A stretch of 32,000 nucleotides of DNA, from NCBI RefSeq assembly GCF_000195855.1, contig NC_002677.1, positions 750,001-782,000 on the forward strand, given 5' to 3'. Positions 10,114 through 21,271 of the stretch are shown here, piece after piece. Every line of letters begins with the position of its first letter. Within the stretch, counting starts at the first letter, position 1. Source of the DNA: Mycobacterium leprae TN (lineage in GTDB: Bacteria; Actinomycetota; Actinomycetes; Mycobacteriales; Mycobacteriaceae). The translations under genes were made by a program, and so were the position numbers. Below the pieces are notes generated by a model. The model was not told the origin of the DNA. It was given only the letters and a program-made list of their open reading frames with translations, and searched no databases.

Positions 10114-11163
10114 GTGACGCACCACGAGACCAGCGCTGTTGACGCATCATCGGCCTCTATGCACGTTCGCAGCACCATCGATGTTCCGCCCGACCTCGTT
10201 GTGGGCTTGCTGGGTTCAGCAGACGAGAATTTGCGCGCCCTCGAACGCATGTTGAGTGCCGATCTGCATGTGCGTGGCAACACCGTTGCGTTTTCGGGCG
10301 AGCCAGCCGATGTTGCACTTGCCGAGCGGGCGATCTCTGAGTTAGTCGCCATCGTGGCCAGCGGTCATCCGTTGACGCCGGAAGTGGTGCGTCACGGTGT
10401 AGCCATGCTGGTCGGCACCGGTAACGAATCACCGGCTGAAGTCCTCACCTTGGACATTTTGTTGCGCCGCGGTAAAACGGTCCGGCCTAAAACGCTAAAT
10501 CAGAAGCGCTACGTCGACGCGATCGATGCGAACACTATCGTCTTCGGAATCGGTCCGGCCGGCACCGGGAAGACGTATCTGGCCATGGCCAAGGCGGTCA
10601 ACGCGTTGCAGACTAAGCAGGTAACTCGGATCATTTTGACTCGTCCAGCAGTGGAAGCTGGTGAACGCCTTGGCTTTTTGCCGGGTACTCTGAGCGAGAA
10701 GATAGATCCTTACCTGCGGCCGCTGTACGACGCGCTGTACGACATGATGGACCCCGAGCTGATCCCGAAGCTGATGTCTTCCGGTGTTATCGAGGTGGCG
10801 TCGTTGGCGTACATGCGAGGTCGCACACTTAACGATGCGTTCATCGTCCTCGACGAGGCGCAGAACACCACCGCTGAGCAGATGAAGATGTTTCTTACCC
10901 GACTGGGTTTCGGTTCGAAAGTTGTTGTCACCGGGGACGTCACGCAGATTGACCTGCCGGGAGGTGCCAGGTCGGGTCTGCGCGCGGCGGTCGATATCCT
11001 GGAGCACATCGACGACATATACGTTGCGGAGCTGGCCAGTGTGGATGTGGTGCGCCACCGGCTGGTGTCGGAGATTGTTGACGCCTATGCCGAATATGAG
11101 GAGCACGACTTGGGGATGAATCGGGCGGCTCGGCGAGCGTCCGGCGCTCGCAATCGTCGATGA
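10114..11163 (+). CDS. phoH1: PhoH-like ATPase (PhoH1)
   Basis: 349 aa with GIGPAGTGKTYLAMAKAVNAL (Walker A), IILTRPAVEAGERLGFLPGTLSEKIDPYLRPLYDAL, FIVLDEAQNTTAEQMKMFLTRLGFGSKVVVTGD. Immediately upstream of ybeY. Confidence 0.95.
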   Translation: MTHHETSAVDASSASMHVRSTIDVPPDLVVGLLGSADENLRALERMLSADLHVRGNTVAFSGEPADVALAERAISELVAIVASGHPLTPEVVRHGVAMLVGTGNESPAEVLTLDILLRRGKTVRPKTLNQKRYVDAIDANTIVFGIGPAGTGKTYLAMAKAVNALQTKQVTRIILTRPAVEAGERLGFLPGTLSEKIDPYLRPLYDALYDMMDPELIPKLMSSGVIEVASLAYMRGRTLNDAFIVLDEAQNTTAEQMKMFLTRLGFGSKVVVTGDVTQIDLPGGARSGLRAAVDILEHIDDIYVAELASVDVVRHRLVSEIVDAYAEYEEHDLGMNRAARRASGARNRR

Positions 11164-11193
11164 TGGTGGCGTGGATAGTCCCATGAGCATCTT

Positions 11194-11730
11194 ATGAGTG
11201 TTGAAGTATCTAACGAGTCAGGCTTCGACGTTTCTGAAGTGGAACTGGTTAGCGTCGCGCGGTTTGTCATCATCAAAATGGACGTCAACCCAGCAGCAGA
11301 GCTGTCGATGGTGCTACTGGACACCGCAGCGATGGCCGATCTACATATGCGCTGGATGGACCTTCCTGGGCCAACGGACGTAATGAGCTTCCCGATGGAC
11401 GAGTTCGAACCGGGTGGTCGACCTGACGCCGCTGAGCCAGGGCCCTCCATGTTGGGTGACATTGTGCTGTGCCCAGAGTTCGCCGCGCAGCAGGCGGCCG
11501 CAGAGGGCCACAGCCTCGGACATGAGTTAGCGCTGCTGACAATTCACGGCGTACTTCACCTGCTCGGCTACGACCACGGTGAGCCAGACGAGGAGAAGGA
11601 GATGTTCGCCCTGCAGGGCAGGTTACTGGAAGAGTGGGTGGCCGAACAGGTACGGGCCTATCAGCATGACCGTCAGAACGAGAAAGACTGTCGATTGCTG
11701 TACAAGTCAGGGTATTTCGGCTACTTGTGA
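11194..11730 (+). CDS. ybeY: Endoribonuclease YbeY (16S rRNA maturation)
   Basis: 178 aa, ATG start. Contains [21 protein letters not shown] and the metal-binding motif [24 protein letters not shown] (H-x3-H-x5-H). Confidence 0.96.
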   Translation: MSVEVSNESGFDVSEVELVSVARFVIIKMDVNPAAELSMVLLDTAAMADLHMRWMDLPGPTDVMSFPMDEFEPGGRPDAAEPGPSMLGDIVLCPEFAAQQAAAEGHSLGHELALLTIHGVLHLLGYDHGEPDEEKEMFALQGRLLEEWVAEQVRAYQHDRQNEKDCRLLYKSGYFGYL

Positions 11731-13020
11731 CCGGCCTGAATCAGTTGATCGGCGTGATCGCGTTGATTGGACTGGGTGGGTTGTTTGCTGCCGATCGACG
11801 CCGCCATTAGCACCGTGTCGCTGGCTCGGGTGCAGGAGTTAGTTCGCGAAGAACTATCTGACGCGGGACGACTGTTCAAGGTGATAGTCGATCGGCCACG
11901 CTACATCAACCTGGTGATGTGTTGTTGCGGATAGCGTGTGAAATTACCGCTACCGTAATGCTAGTGGTGTTCCTTTATGGCAACCTTGGCCTGAACTGGT
12001 CCTTGTTCGGTGCCGCGACCAGCCATGGTGGTGGTCAGCTGCGTGGTTATTGGCGTTGGTCCACGCAACTTGGGACGCCAGAACGCATACTCGATTTCGT
12101 TGGCGACAGCACTTCTTTTGCAGTCGATCTCATCGCTGTTGATACAGATCAGCTGATTGTTGGTAGTCGTCGGCAACGCGCTCACCCCGGGCTGCAGCTT
12201 GCGAAACGGACTATTTGCGTACAAGATTGAGCTCCGCGATGCCGTCGATCTGGCGCAGCAACGTGGCGTGGTTGCTGCCGAAGAACACCGGATGATCGAA
12301 TCAGTTTTCGAACTCGACGACACACTAGTCCGTGAGATGATGGTGCCTAGCATCGCGATGATTTGGATCGAAAGTGACATGTCGGCCACTCAAGTGACAA
12401 CCCTGGCCGTCCGTAGTGGTCATTCACATATTCCGGTAATTGGTGAGAATGTCTACAACATCGTTGGGGTGTTTTATCTGAGAGACCTGGTTCAACATAC
12501 GTTCTTCTTTCCTGATCACGGTCGAGGCACGGTTGTGGCGCAAGTGATGCTTCCGGCGGTGTTTGGTTCCGGACTTCAAGCTGTTGGACACGTTGCTGCG
12601 TGAAATACAGCGTGACTGTAGCCACATGGCGCTGTTGGTCGACGGGTACGCTACGATAGCCGGCTTGGTCAGTATAGAATGAGGTTCTGGAAGAAAATCT
12701 TCGGAGATATCTCCGACGAATATGACCACGCGAGACCTCTCCAGTAGAATTCTTGGGTGGCAAACGTTTCCGCTTTTCAGCTTGATTGCCGATCAAAGAT
12801 GTTGGTGAGCTGTACGGCATGGAATTCGACGACGATCTCGATGTCAACACGGTGGGCGGCCTGCTGGCTCTGGAATTGGTCCGGGTCCCGTTACCTGGCG
12901 CCGAAGTGGTGTCGCATGGCTTGCCACTGCACGCTTAAGGCGGCCCGGATCTTTGGGGGTGATGCGGATCGGCACTGTGCTGTTGATCCCAGCTGAATCT
13001 GAAGGCTCTGATGGTGTGAG
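11727..13020 (+). pseudogene. CorC/hemolysin-like transporter with CBS domains (Rv2366c-like), multiply frameshifted
   Basis: In order across frames: [162 protein letters not shown], then [46 protein letters not shown]-stop. At least two frameshifts (near 11790 and 11920) plus in-frame stops. Confidence 0.93.
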
Positions 13021-13022
13021 GA

Positions 13023-13358
13023 GTGGTTGGTATGGCTGAGCTGCTGAACACTGAGGATGCCAAGTTGGTGGTGCTGGTGCGGGCTGCGATGGCGCGCACT
13101 GAAGCCGGCAGCGGTGCCGTAGTGCGTGACTTCGACGGTCGCACATATGCCGCTGCGCCAGTGACCTTGTCAACGCTCGAGCTGATCGGTCTACAGGAGG
13201 AAGCCGCCGCCGCGTTCAGTGCGTCCAGTGTGGTGAGTGGGTTGGAGGTCGGGGTGCTGGTGGCTGGGTCCGTGGACGAGCCCGATATAGCCATGGTTCG
13301 TGAGCTGGCCTCAACAGCAGTGGTAATCCTGATTGATAGAAACGGGAACCGCGTATGA
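13023..13358 (+). CDS. Conserved hypothetical, cytidine deaminase-like (Rv2365c family)
   Basis: Intact 111 aa ORF: MAELLNTEDAKLVVLVRAAMARTEAGSGAVVRDFDGRTYAAAPVTLSTLELIGLQ... between the decayed CorC-like gene and era. An internal ATG near 13032 is an alternative start. Confidence 0.75.
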   Translation: MVGMAELLNTEDAKLVVLVRAAMARTEAGSGAVVRDFDGRTYAAAPVTLSTLELIGLQEEAAAAFSASSVVSGLEVGVLVAGSVDEPDIAMVRELASTAVVILIDRNGNRV

Positions 13359-13475
13359 CGACGACTGTGTATTTGGCGCAAAATTTGGCGGTAGTCCGGA
13401 TCCGATTTCCCGGTTTTCTCCCGCAAGCGGACGGCCTCCTCATCGCGAGGCGCTATACGGCGCGTATCGTCTCTG

Positions 13476-14384
13476 GTGGATATGGCTGAATTCCGTTCGG
13501 GTTTCGTATGTTTGATCGGTCGTCCGAATACTGGCAAGTCGACACTGACCAACGCATTGGTCGGCACCAAGGTAGCGATCACTTCGATGAAGCCGCAAAC
13601 CACCCGACACACCATTCGAGGGATCGTACACAGGGAGGGTAACTTCCAGATCGTTCTGGTTGACACTCCCGGTCTGCATCGGCCGCGCACGCTGTTGGGT
13701 AAGCGGCTCAACGACTTGGTGCGCGACACTTATACCGAGGTGGACTTAATCGGACTGTGCATCCCGGCTGATGAGGCCACCGGTCCGGGAGATCGATGGA
13801 TTGTTAACCAGATTCGATCGGTCGCCCCGAAAACGATCCTCGTCGTTATCGTCACTAAGATTGACAAAGTGCCCAAGGACCGGCTGTCCGCACAACTGGT
13901 CGCTGTCAGCGACCTCGTCGCCGACTCAGCCGAGATCGTGCCGGTGTCGGCTGTGACGGGTGAACAGGTCGACGTGCTGATAGATGTGCTGGCTGCGGCC
14001 TTGCCACCGGGTCCGGCTTATTACTCCGCCGGTGAACTGACCGACGAGCCGGAAGAGCTTCTGATGGCAGAACTGATCCGCGAGGCCGTGCTGGAGGGAG
14101 TGCATGACGAGTTACCACATTCGCTGGCGGTGGTGATTGACGAGGTCAGCCCGCGGGCAGGGCGTGGCGACCTGATTGACGTGCACGCTGTGCTTTATGT
14201 CGAGCGGCCAAGTCAGAAGGGAATCGTCATTGGCAAGAGCGGTGCCCGGTTGCGGGAGGTGGGTATCGCGGCGCGTCGCCAGATCGAGAAGCTGTTAGGG
14301 ACCAACATCTATCTCGACTTGCATGTCAATGTCGCCAAGAACTGGCAGCGCAACCCTAAACAACTTGGTCGACTAGGGTTTTGA
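13476..14384 (+). CDS. era: GTPase Era
   Basis: 302 aa. GRPNTGKSTLTNALVG (G1), QTTRHTIRG, DTPGLHRPR (G3), VTKIDKVP (G4) and KH domain EGIVIGKSGARLREVGIAARRQIEKLLGTNIYLDLHVNVAKNWQRNPKQLGRLGF-type ending. Start 13476 (GTG) or 13482 (ATG). Confidence 0.98.
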   Translation: MDMAEFRSGFVCLIGRPNTGKSTLTNALVGTKVAITSMKPQTTRHTIRGIVHREGNFQIVLVDTPGLHRPRTLLGKRLNDLVRDTYTEVDLIGLCIPADEATGPGDRWIVNQIRSVAPKTILVVIVTKIDKVPKDRLSAQLVAVSDLVADSAEIVPVSAVTGEQVDVLIDVLAAALPPGPAYYSAGELTDEPEELLMAELIREAVLEGVHDELPHSLAVVIDEVSPRAGRGDLIDVHAVLYVERPSQKGIVIGKSGARLREVGIAARRQIEKLLGTNIYLDLHVNVAKNWQRNPKQLGRLGF

Positions 14385-14394
14385 GGTAGCTCAA

Positions 14395-15770
14395 TCTTGC
14401 GTGGAGCTTTGCGGCGTGACGGTGTTCTACAATACTTCCGGCCGCTTGCTTGCCTAGCCGCAAACGGCTTCCAGGTCGGCGGTCAGCGAGATCAGCATGC
14501 CTTCGCTGTTTGTTGGTCCCATCAATTGCACACCGATTGGCAACCCCTCGGCGGTGAACCCCCTGCTGGCATATTGATAAACGGTCAGCTCAGTACGTTC
14601 CACGGCCAAGTCACCGGAGACGCGGCGGTCATGGCACGATCAATGCGAAAAGAGCCCAACCGATTGAAGGTTCGTGCCAGTGGTGGTGGTTGTGCGGTGG
14701 TGGGCGTCAGGACGACGTTGACGATGTCGAAGATAGAACCGACACGACGCTGGTCAACCTCTTCGTGTCGGCGCGCGCTGCGCAGAATTGCTTCCCCGAG
14801 CACATGACCTGTGCGCGGATTGGTAACGGTGCGGCGGTCCAGGCCAATGCCGTCGCCCAGCCGTCCCTACCAGTACGCCAGGCCGGAGGTGGAACGGGCG
14901 AGAAAGTTTCACGATAACCGCAGGCCGTGGTCTGGGTTGCCGGTTACTACGGTGTGGACAAGCAGCTCAAATTGTTTGGCTACCCTGTGGGTAGCGACCA
15001 ACATCTCGGGGTGCAACTTGGCCCGAAACCCGTTTAACGGGAACCGAGTTGACATCGGGATGTTGAGCGATCCAGGCGTGATGCCAAGGTAGTCTGATAC
15101 CGTCGTCGGGCGTGGTTTGCGTAGGTCGCCCTCAATGTTGCCGGATGTTTAGTCGATCACCAATGCCGGGTCGGCCACTGTGCAGACTAGCACGCCATTG
15201 AGCGTGATGCCGCTGAATGCCTCCGGCAACGGTCAGGTGGAGATGCGACCGTGTTGCGGTTTAATATCCACCAGGTGCGTACATGCTGCAGGGAGCTGGT
15301 CACCGCCGCCATCGGAACCAATGGCGGCGGTGACCAGGACCGTAACCACCGCGGCCGCGCTACCGCCGGACGATCCGCTTGGTGTGTGTTGACGTTACCA
15401 GGGATTGCGGGTAGGTATTGAATCTGGGACCCATTAGTGAGTGGCTATTAGCTGAGTTCATAGGTGTTGTTTTGCTGAAGGTCCCTGTCCCGGCCGTCTT
15501 CAGGTGGCAAACGAATTCAGCGTCGTGGGTGGCGGGTTGTATATACCCTTCGGCGCCGAAGGTAGTTGGCATTCTTATTATGTCGACGTTATCGTGGATT
15601 GCAATTGGGATACCGAGTAACGGCGCCGTGTCGCCGGCGGCCCGTCATCGGTTTGCCTGTTCTGCGTCGGCCCGTGCGGACTCGGTGAGCACCACATAGA
15701 AAGCGTCCAACGCGGGCTTGCTGATCTCGATGGCCTGTAGGGACCGGTGCACCAACTCTTGGGCAGTCGC
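14395..15770 (-). pseudogene. amiA2: Amidase (AmiA2-like), decayed
   Basis: Minus-strand fragments: [16 protein letters not shown]-like glycine-rich amidase-signature remnant; [10 protein letters not shown]-like; SDYLGITPGSLNIPMSTRFPLNGFRAKLHPEMLVATHRV; LGEAILRSARRHEEVDQRRVGSIFDIVNVVLTPTTAQPPPLARTFNRLGSF; PVTWPWNVL. Multiple stops and frames. Located antisense between era and recO. Confidence 0.85.
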
Positions 15771-15910
15771 TGAGTGTGTGGCCAGTTGGTAAAGCAAGTC
15801 AGCTTAGCGTGGGTAGGCGCTTATTGCTGGATAAAGAAGCTCCAACCACAGGTTACGAGACTATCGGCGCGGATACCCGAGATATCGTGGTGAGGTGCAA
15901 AACTGTTGTG

Positions 15911-16717
15911 ATGCGATTGTATCGGGACTGGGCGTTAGTGCTGCGCCAGCACAACCTCGGCGAAGCCGACCGGATTGTCACCTTGCTGACCCGCGATCAC
16001 GGGCTGGTGCGTGCGGTGGCCAAAGGTGTGCGTCGCACTCGCAGTAAATTCGGCGCTCGCCTGGAACCGTTCGCGTATATCGATGCGCAACTGCACCCCG
16101 GCCGCAACCTTGATATCGTTACTCAGGTTGTCTCGATTGACGCGTTCGCCACCGACATCGTTAGTGACTACGGTCGGTACACTTGCGGGTGCGCGATGCT
16201 GGAAACCGCCGAACGTCTCGCTGGTGAAGAACGGGCGCCCGCCCCGACTTTACATCGGCTTACGGTGAGCGCGCTGCGCGCGGTGGCTGACGGAAACCGG
16301 CCTCGCGACCTGCTGTTAGATGCCTATTTGCTGCGTGCCATGGGGATCGCCGGATGGGCTCCAGCGTTGACCGCGTGTGCCCGCTGTGCCACGCCCGGTC
16401 CGCATCGGGCTTTTCACATTGCCGCTGGGGGCAGCGTCTGTGTGCATTGCCGTCCGGCCGGTTCGACTACACCACCGCGGGGTGTGCTGGAACTAATGTC
16501 TGCGCTGCACGACGGCGATTGGGGAACTGCCCAGCAAGCGCCGCAGTCCCACCGCAGCTACGCCAGCGGATTGGTGGCCGCACACCTGCAGTGGCATCTG
16601 GAACGACAGCTGAAAACTTTACCTCTGGTGGAACGAACACATCAAGCATACCAGGTCGATCGTTCCATCGCGGAGCGGCGCGCAGCGCTGGTCCGGCAAG
16701 ATATGGCCTGTGGTTAG
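15911..16717 (+). CDS. recO: DNA repair protein RecO
   Basis: [54 protein letters not shown], plus the zinc-type [14 protein letters not shown]...CVHC. The track extends to 15776; the homologous start is ATG 15911. Confidence 0.96.
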   Translation: MRLYRDWALVLRQHNLGEADRIVTLLTRDHGLVRAVAKGVRRTRSKFGARLEPFAYIDAQLHPGRNLDIVTQVVSIDAFATDIVSDYGRYTCGCAMLETAERLAGEERAPAPTLHRLTVSALRAVADGNRPRDLLLDAYLLRAMGIAGWAPALTACARCATPGPHRAFHIAAGGSVCVHCRPAGSTTPPRGVLELMSALHDGDWGTAQQAPQSHRSYASGLVAAHLQWHLERQLKTLPLVERTHQAYQVDRSIAERRAALVRQDMACG

Positions 16718-17600
16718 GAACGAGCGCACGCTGAAGTCCACGGATTTTCCGCAGCTGCCCCCTGCGCCCGACGACTACCCGACCTTTCCCGACAAGTCGA
16801 CCTGGCCGGTTGTCTTCCCGATGCTGCCGCCATCACCCGACGGCGGGCCGAGGCGACCGCCGCAGCACACGTCAAAAGCTGTCGCTCCACGGCTCTCGGC
16901 CGCCCAATTGCCGACTCATGTCGCCATCGTGATGGACGGCAATGGCCGTTGGGCTAACCAACGCGGACTGCACCGCACCGAGGGCCACAAGATGGGCGAA
17001 GCGGTGGTCATCGACGTTGCTTGCGGCGCTATCGAACTCGGGATCAAATGGCTCAGTCTCTATGCTTTTTCTACTGAGAACTGGAAGCGGTCTGTCGAAG
17101 AGGTCCGTTTCCTGATGGGTTTTAACCGCGATGTAGTGCGACGGCGTCGGGAGAATCTCAAGGAGATGGGGGTCCGGATCCGATGGGTAGGGTCGCGACC
17201 GCGCTTATGGCGCAGCGTCATCAATGAATTGGCCATTGCGGAACACATGACGGCGGGCAACGACGTCATCACCATCAATTATTGTGTCAACTACGGTGGT
17301 CGCACTGAAATCGCAGAAGCTACAAGAGAAATTGCTCGTCTGGCAGCTGCGGGCCGGCTCAATCCGGAGCGGATCACCGAGTCCACGATCACACGGCACT
17401 TGCAGCGGCCAGACATCCCCGATGTCGATCTCTTCGTGCGGACTTCGGGGGAGCAGCGGTCCAGCAATTTCATGTTGTGGCAGGCGGCGTATACTGAATA
17501 CATTTTCCAGGATAAGTTGTGGCCCGATTATGACCGCCGTGACTTGTGGGCGGCGTGTGAAGAATATGCGTCGCGCAATCGGCGCTTCGGAAGCGCATAG
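16710..17600 (+). CDS. uppS: Long-chain isoprenyl (decaprenyl) diphosphate synthase, cis-prenyltransferase
   Basis: 296 aa. [83 protein letters not shown]. Overlaps the recO stop by 8 nt. Confidence 0.97.
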   Translation: MVRNERTLKSTDFPQLPPAPDDYPTFPDKSTWPVVFPMLPPSPDGGPRRPPQHTSKAVAPRLSAAQLPTHVAIVMDGNGRWANQRGLHRTEGHKMGEAVVIDVACGAIELGIKWLSLYAFSTENWKRSVEEVRFLMGFNRDVVRRRRENLKEMGVRIRWVGSRPRLWRSVINELAIAEHMTAGNDVITINYCVNYGGRTEIAEATREIARLAAAGRLNPERITESTITRHLQRPDIPDVDLFVRTSGEQRSSNFMLWQAAYTEYIFQDKLWPDYDRRDLWAACEEYASRNRRFGSA

Positions 17601-19129
17601 TGCACTCTTGACAAGAGCGACTCGCATTGGTCCTCCGCGTCGTGTTACTCACCGAGGAGGAAACCGACGGCGCGTTCACGGTGAGAATTCACTGTACGTT
17701 AGCTTTGTTGCGGGTGGTTAATATCGTCTCCGACCTCGACATGGTGTCACTCATTTTTAAATATTGACGTGGGATTTGTTGCTGAACCAAGAGGATCAGT
17801 GACCGAGTGGCAAGGTGTACACGTGATACCAATCTCGGTACGGTGATCCTGGTCGGGAAGGTCAACGAATAGGCTGCGCAACGTAACTCCGAAAAGCCTG
17901 GCCTCAAAATTGCGGACGTGATGCTGAGGTACAAGACTTCCTGGCGTCGTCCTCCAGGACGTTATCGACGATCTCGTGTGCTGGTTTAAGTGACCAGCAC
18001 ACCGATGGACATCAACATTGACGACTTGACGTGACATTGTTGGTTCCATCCGACGAAGCTCAATCTCAAGGTGGTGGGGTCCAATTTCTCCAAAGCGGAA
18101 TCGTTGCAAGGCTGCATATTCTGTCAGCGATGTGGCCAACTGATTGAGTGCCGCGCGCGACACCATTATTTGGATACCCGGCGACAGCCTGACTGACCTG
18201 ATCGACCGGGGTCATGTTATCCGGTTCTAGGTCATCGGTCTTACCGCTATACGGCTATCCCACGAAGCTGTGTCCAGCAGCTGGCGAATGTGAAAACGCT
18301 ATTTCCCAATGGCCCGGCACGGTCCGGGAGTGATCATGTTTCCCACAGATGTCTGACGAACAGTCCTCCATTGTCTGTGGTGTGAGGTCGGCGAAGTTGG
18401 CAATGTGGGTTGCATCAACGACGCTGACAATCAACGATTTCACGTCGCCAAGTGAATGACATGTCCGTGGTCGGTTTAGCCGGAGCACTCGGGTGTGAAC
18501 AAGCCGGTATGCCAATCGCAGGGCCGCAGATGATGAAGGCCGATCTACAGTTAGACGTTTTATGAATCAACGACAATGGCCTTTTAATCCATCTCGCCGG
18601 AATGCTTACGGCTTGGTAAGTTGAATCTGTTGGTTTCAATCGTGATGCACGCTTTCTGTGGACCGTTGTCCTGGGTCGGTCAGGAGTTTTGGCATTATGG
18701 CCCGGGCATCGTCGCTAGCAAATGCTGTGTTTCAACCGTATTGGGTAAGGGCGTCCGGATGCAATGCTGAGACATAAGTTCAGACGATTAGACCATCGGC
18801 GCAGTTGACTGGGCTCCAGCATGACTATGGAGGTCGGCGCCGACGTCGTTAGCTGGTGATATCGGCTAGTCTGGACTGCGCTCGAGTTTGGTCAATGTCG
18901 ACCTCGTCGTAGCAGGGTGCGTTGGCTTCGAGTGCTGCCTTTAGCCGAACGCAGAAGCCGCACCACGACGTTGTGTAATAACATAGTTAAATGTAACATT
19001 GGCCACATAAATAGTTAACATAGCTTTACGACTATGCGGGCTTGGTGAGCAGGACCTGACACCGGGCGAGGCAACGGGCTTGGCGATGTGCAAGGTTTCT
19101 CGGTCTTGGCTGCCAAGATGGATCCTATG

Positions 19130-21271
19130 GTAATGGTCGTAAATCCATTGACTGCTGGACTGGATGACGAGCAGCGCGAGGCCGTGCTGGCTCCACGCGG
19201 ACCTGTTTGTGTGCTCGCGGGAGCCGGAACGGGTAAAACCCGCACCATCACTCACCGCATTGCCCACCTTGTTGGTGCTGGTCACGTCGCCACTGGGCAG
19301 GTGCTGGCGGTGACATTCACCCAGCGTGCAGCGGCGGAGATGCGGTCCCGGTTGAGGGCGCTTGGCGCTGCCGTACAAGCCGTTTCGGATTTTGGCGTTG
19401 TGCGAGTCCTGACCTTTCATGCTGCCGCGCACCGCCAGTTGCGATATTTCTGGCCACGGGTGATCGGTGACACTGGCTGGCAGCTGTTGGACAGCAAGTT
19501 TGCCACCGTTGCGCGGGCGGCTAGTAGTGTCAGGCTGCATGCTGGCACTGATGACGTGTGTGACCTCGCCGGCGAGATTGAATGGGCTAAGGCCTCGCTG
19601 ATTGGGCCCGAAGAATACGTGGCCGCCGTGGCCGCTATCGGTAGAGACACTCCGCTGGACGCCGCGCAAATCGCGAGTGTCTACGCTGCCTACGAAGCTC
19701 TTAAGGCCCGCGGCAATGGCGTCCCAGGGGTCACGCTGCTCGACTTCGATGATCTGCTGCTGCACACCGCCGCCGCGATCGAGAACGACGCAGCGGTAGC
19801 CGAGGAGTTCCGGGACCGTTACCGTTGTTTTGTAGTCGATGAGTACCAAGACGTCACCCCGCTACAGCAACGGGTGCTTTCGGCCTGGTTGGGTGATCGA
19901 GACGATCTGACTGTGGTCGGCGACGCCAACCAGACCATCTACTCGTTCACTGGGGCTTCACCTTGTTTCCTGCTTGACTTCCCCCGACGGTTTCCCGATG
20001 CCACGGTGGTGCGGCTGGAGCGCGACTACCGGTCTACTCCGCAGGTGGTGTCGCTTGCAAATCAGGTGATCGCAGCGGCTCATGGCCGGGTTGCGGACAG
20101 CAAATTTCAGCTGTCCGGCCAGCGTGAGCCGGGTCCGGCCGCGTCATTTCACGAGTATTCTGATGAGCCTGCTGAGGCCGCTGCCGTGGCAGCATCAATT
20201 GCTCGACTGATCGAATTCGGCACCTCGCCATCCGAGATCGCGGTGCTTTACCGGGTCAATGCGCAGTCCGAGGCGTACGAGGAGGCGTTGACCGAGGTGG
20301 GGATTGCCTATCAGGTCCGCGGCGGCGAGGGATTTTTCAACCGCCAGGAGATCAAACAGGCGCTACTAGCCCTGCAGCGTAGTGCGGAGCGCAGCTCCCA
20401 AACAGAACCGAACAGCCCATTGTCGGACGTGGTCCGCGGTGTTCTGGAGCCATTGGGGCTAACGGCTGAGAAACCGGTCGGCAGCCGCGCCCGGGATCGT
20501 TGGGAGGCGCTGACCGCATTGGCCGAACTGGCCGACGACGAAGTGGCTCAGCATCCGCGGCTGGATCTTCCGGGGTTGCTGGCCGAGCTGCGGTTGCGGG
20601 CCGATGCCCGGCACCCACCGGTGGTACAGGGCGTCACGTTGGCCTCATTGCATGCCGTTAAAGGACTTGAGTGGGATGCGGTGTTCTTAGTCGGATTGGC
20701 CGACGGAACACTACCCATCTCGCGTGCGTTGGCGCATGGTGCTGAAAGCGAGCCTGTCGAGGAAGAGCGTAGGCTGCTTTATGTTGGAATCACCAGGGCC
20801 CGAGTGTATTTGGCACTTAGCTGGGCGTTATCGCGAACTCCGGGTGGACGTCAGAGCCGCAAGCCGTCGCGGTTCCTCAACGACATCGCGCCACAGATGG
20901 GTCAAAATCCTGCGTCGAGCAGATCTCGGCGTAATCGGACCGCTACTTTGCGCTGCCGTATTTGCAAAAACGACCTGACCACGCCTGCGGCCGTCATGCT
21001 GCAGCGGTGTCAGATATGTGCCGCAGACGTTGACGAAGAATTGTTGCTGCAGCTCAAAGCGTGGCGGCTTAGCACTGCCAAGGAACAGAACGTGCCTGCT
21101 TACGTCGTTTTAACCGATAACACGTTGATTGCGATTGCTGAGTTGCTGCCCGCCGATGAGGCCGCGTTGATCGCTGTCCCGGGTATGAGTGTACGCAAAA
21201 TTGAGCAATACGGGTCGGACGTGCTGCAGTTGGTTCGCTGCCGTGCCGTCGCGGTTAGGACGCAGACCTGA
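19130..21271 (+). CDS. uvrD2: UvrD/PcrA-type SF1 DNA helicase UvrD2 with C-terminal HRDC region
   Basis: [116 protein letters not shown], Cys4 cluster CRIC...CQIC, HRDC tail. The track starts at 19088. I favour ATG 19130 ([12 protein letters not shown]...), but the exact start is uncertain. Confidence 0.96.

Noticed and set aside
10495-11190. 231 aa minus-strand ORF
   Set aside because: Antisense to phoH1, whose P-loop and DEAQ motifs are clear in the plus frame.
12935-13729. 264 aa minus-strand ORF spanning the Rv2365c-like and era genes
   Set aside because: Antisense to two supported plus-strand genes, with no recognisable domain.
17747-18639. Minus ORFs 17747..18166, 18255..18515 and 18415..18639 as possible genes
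   Set aside because: No recognisable family, inconsistent frames and no convincing start signals. Retained only as part of the breakpoint or decayed-DNA observation.
18941-19849. 302 aa minus-strand ORF
   Set aside because: Mostly antisense to the uvrD2 N-terminus (P-loop region) and contains no recognisable motifs.
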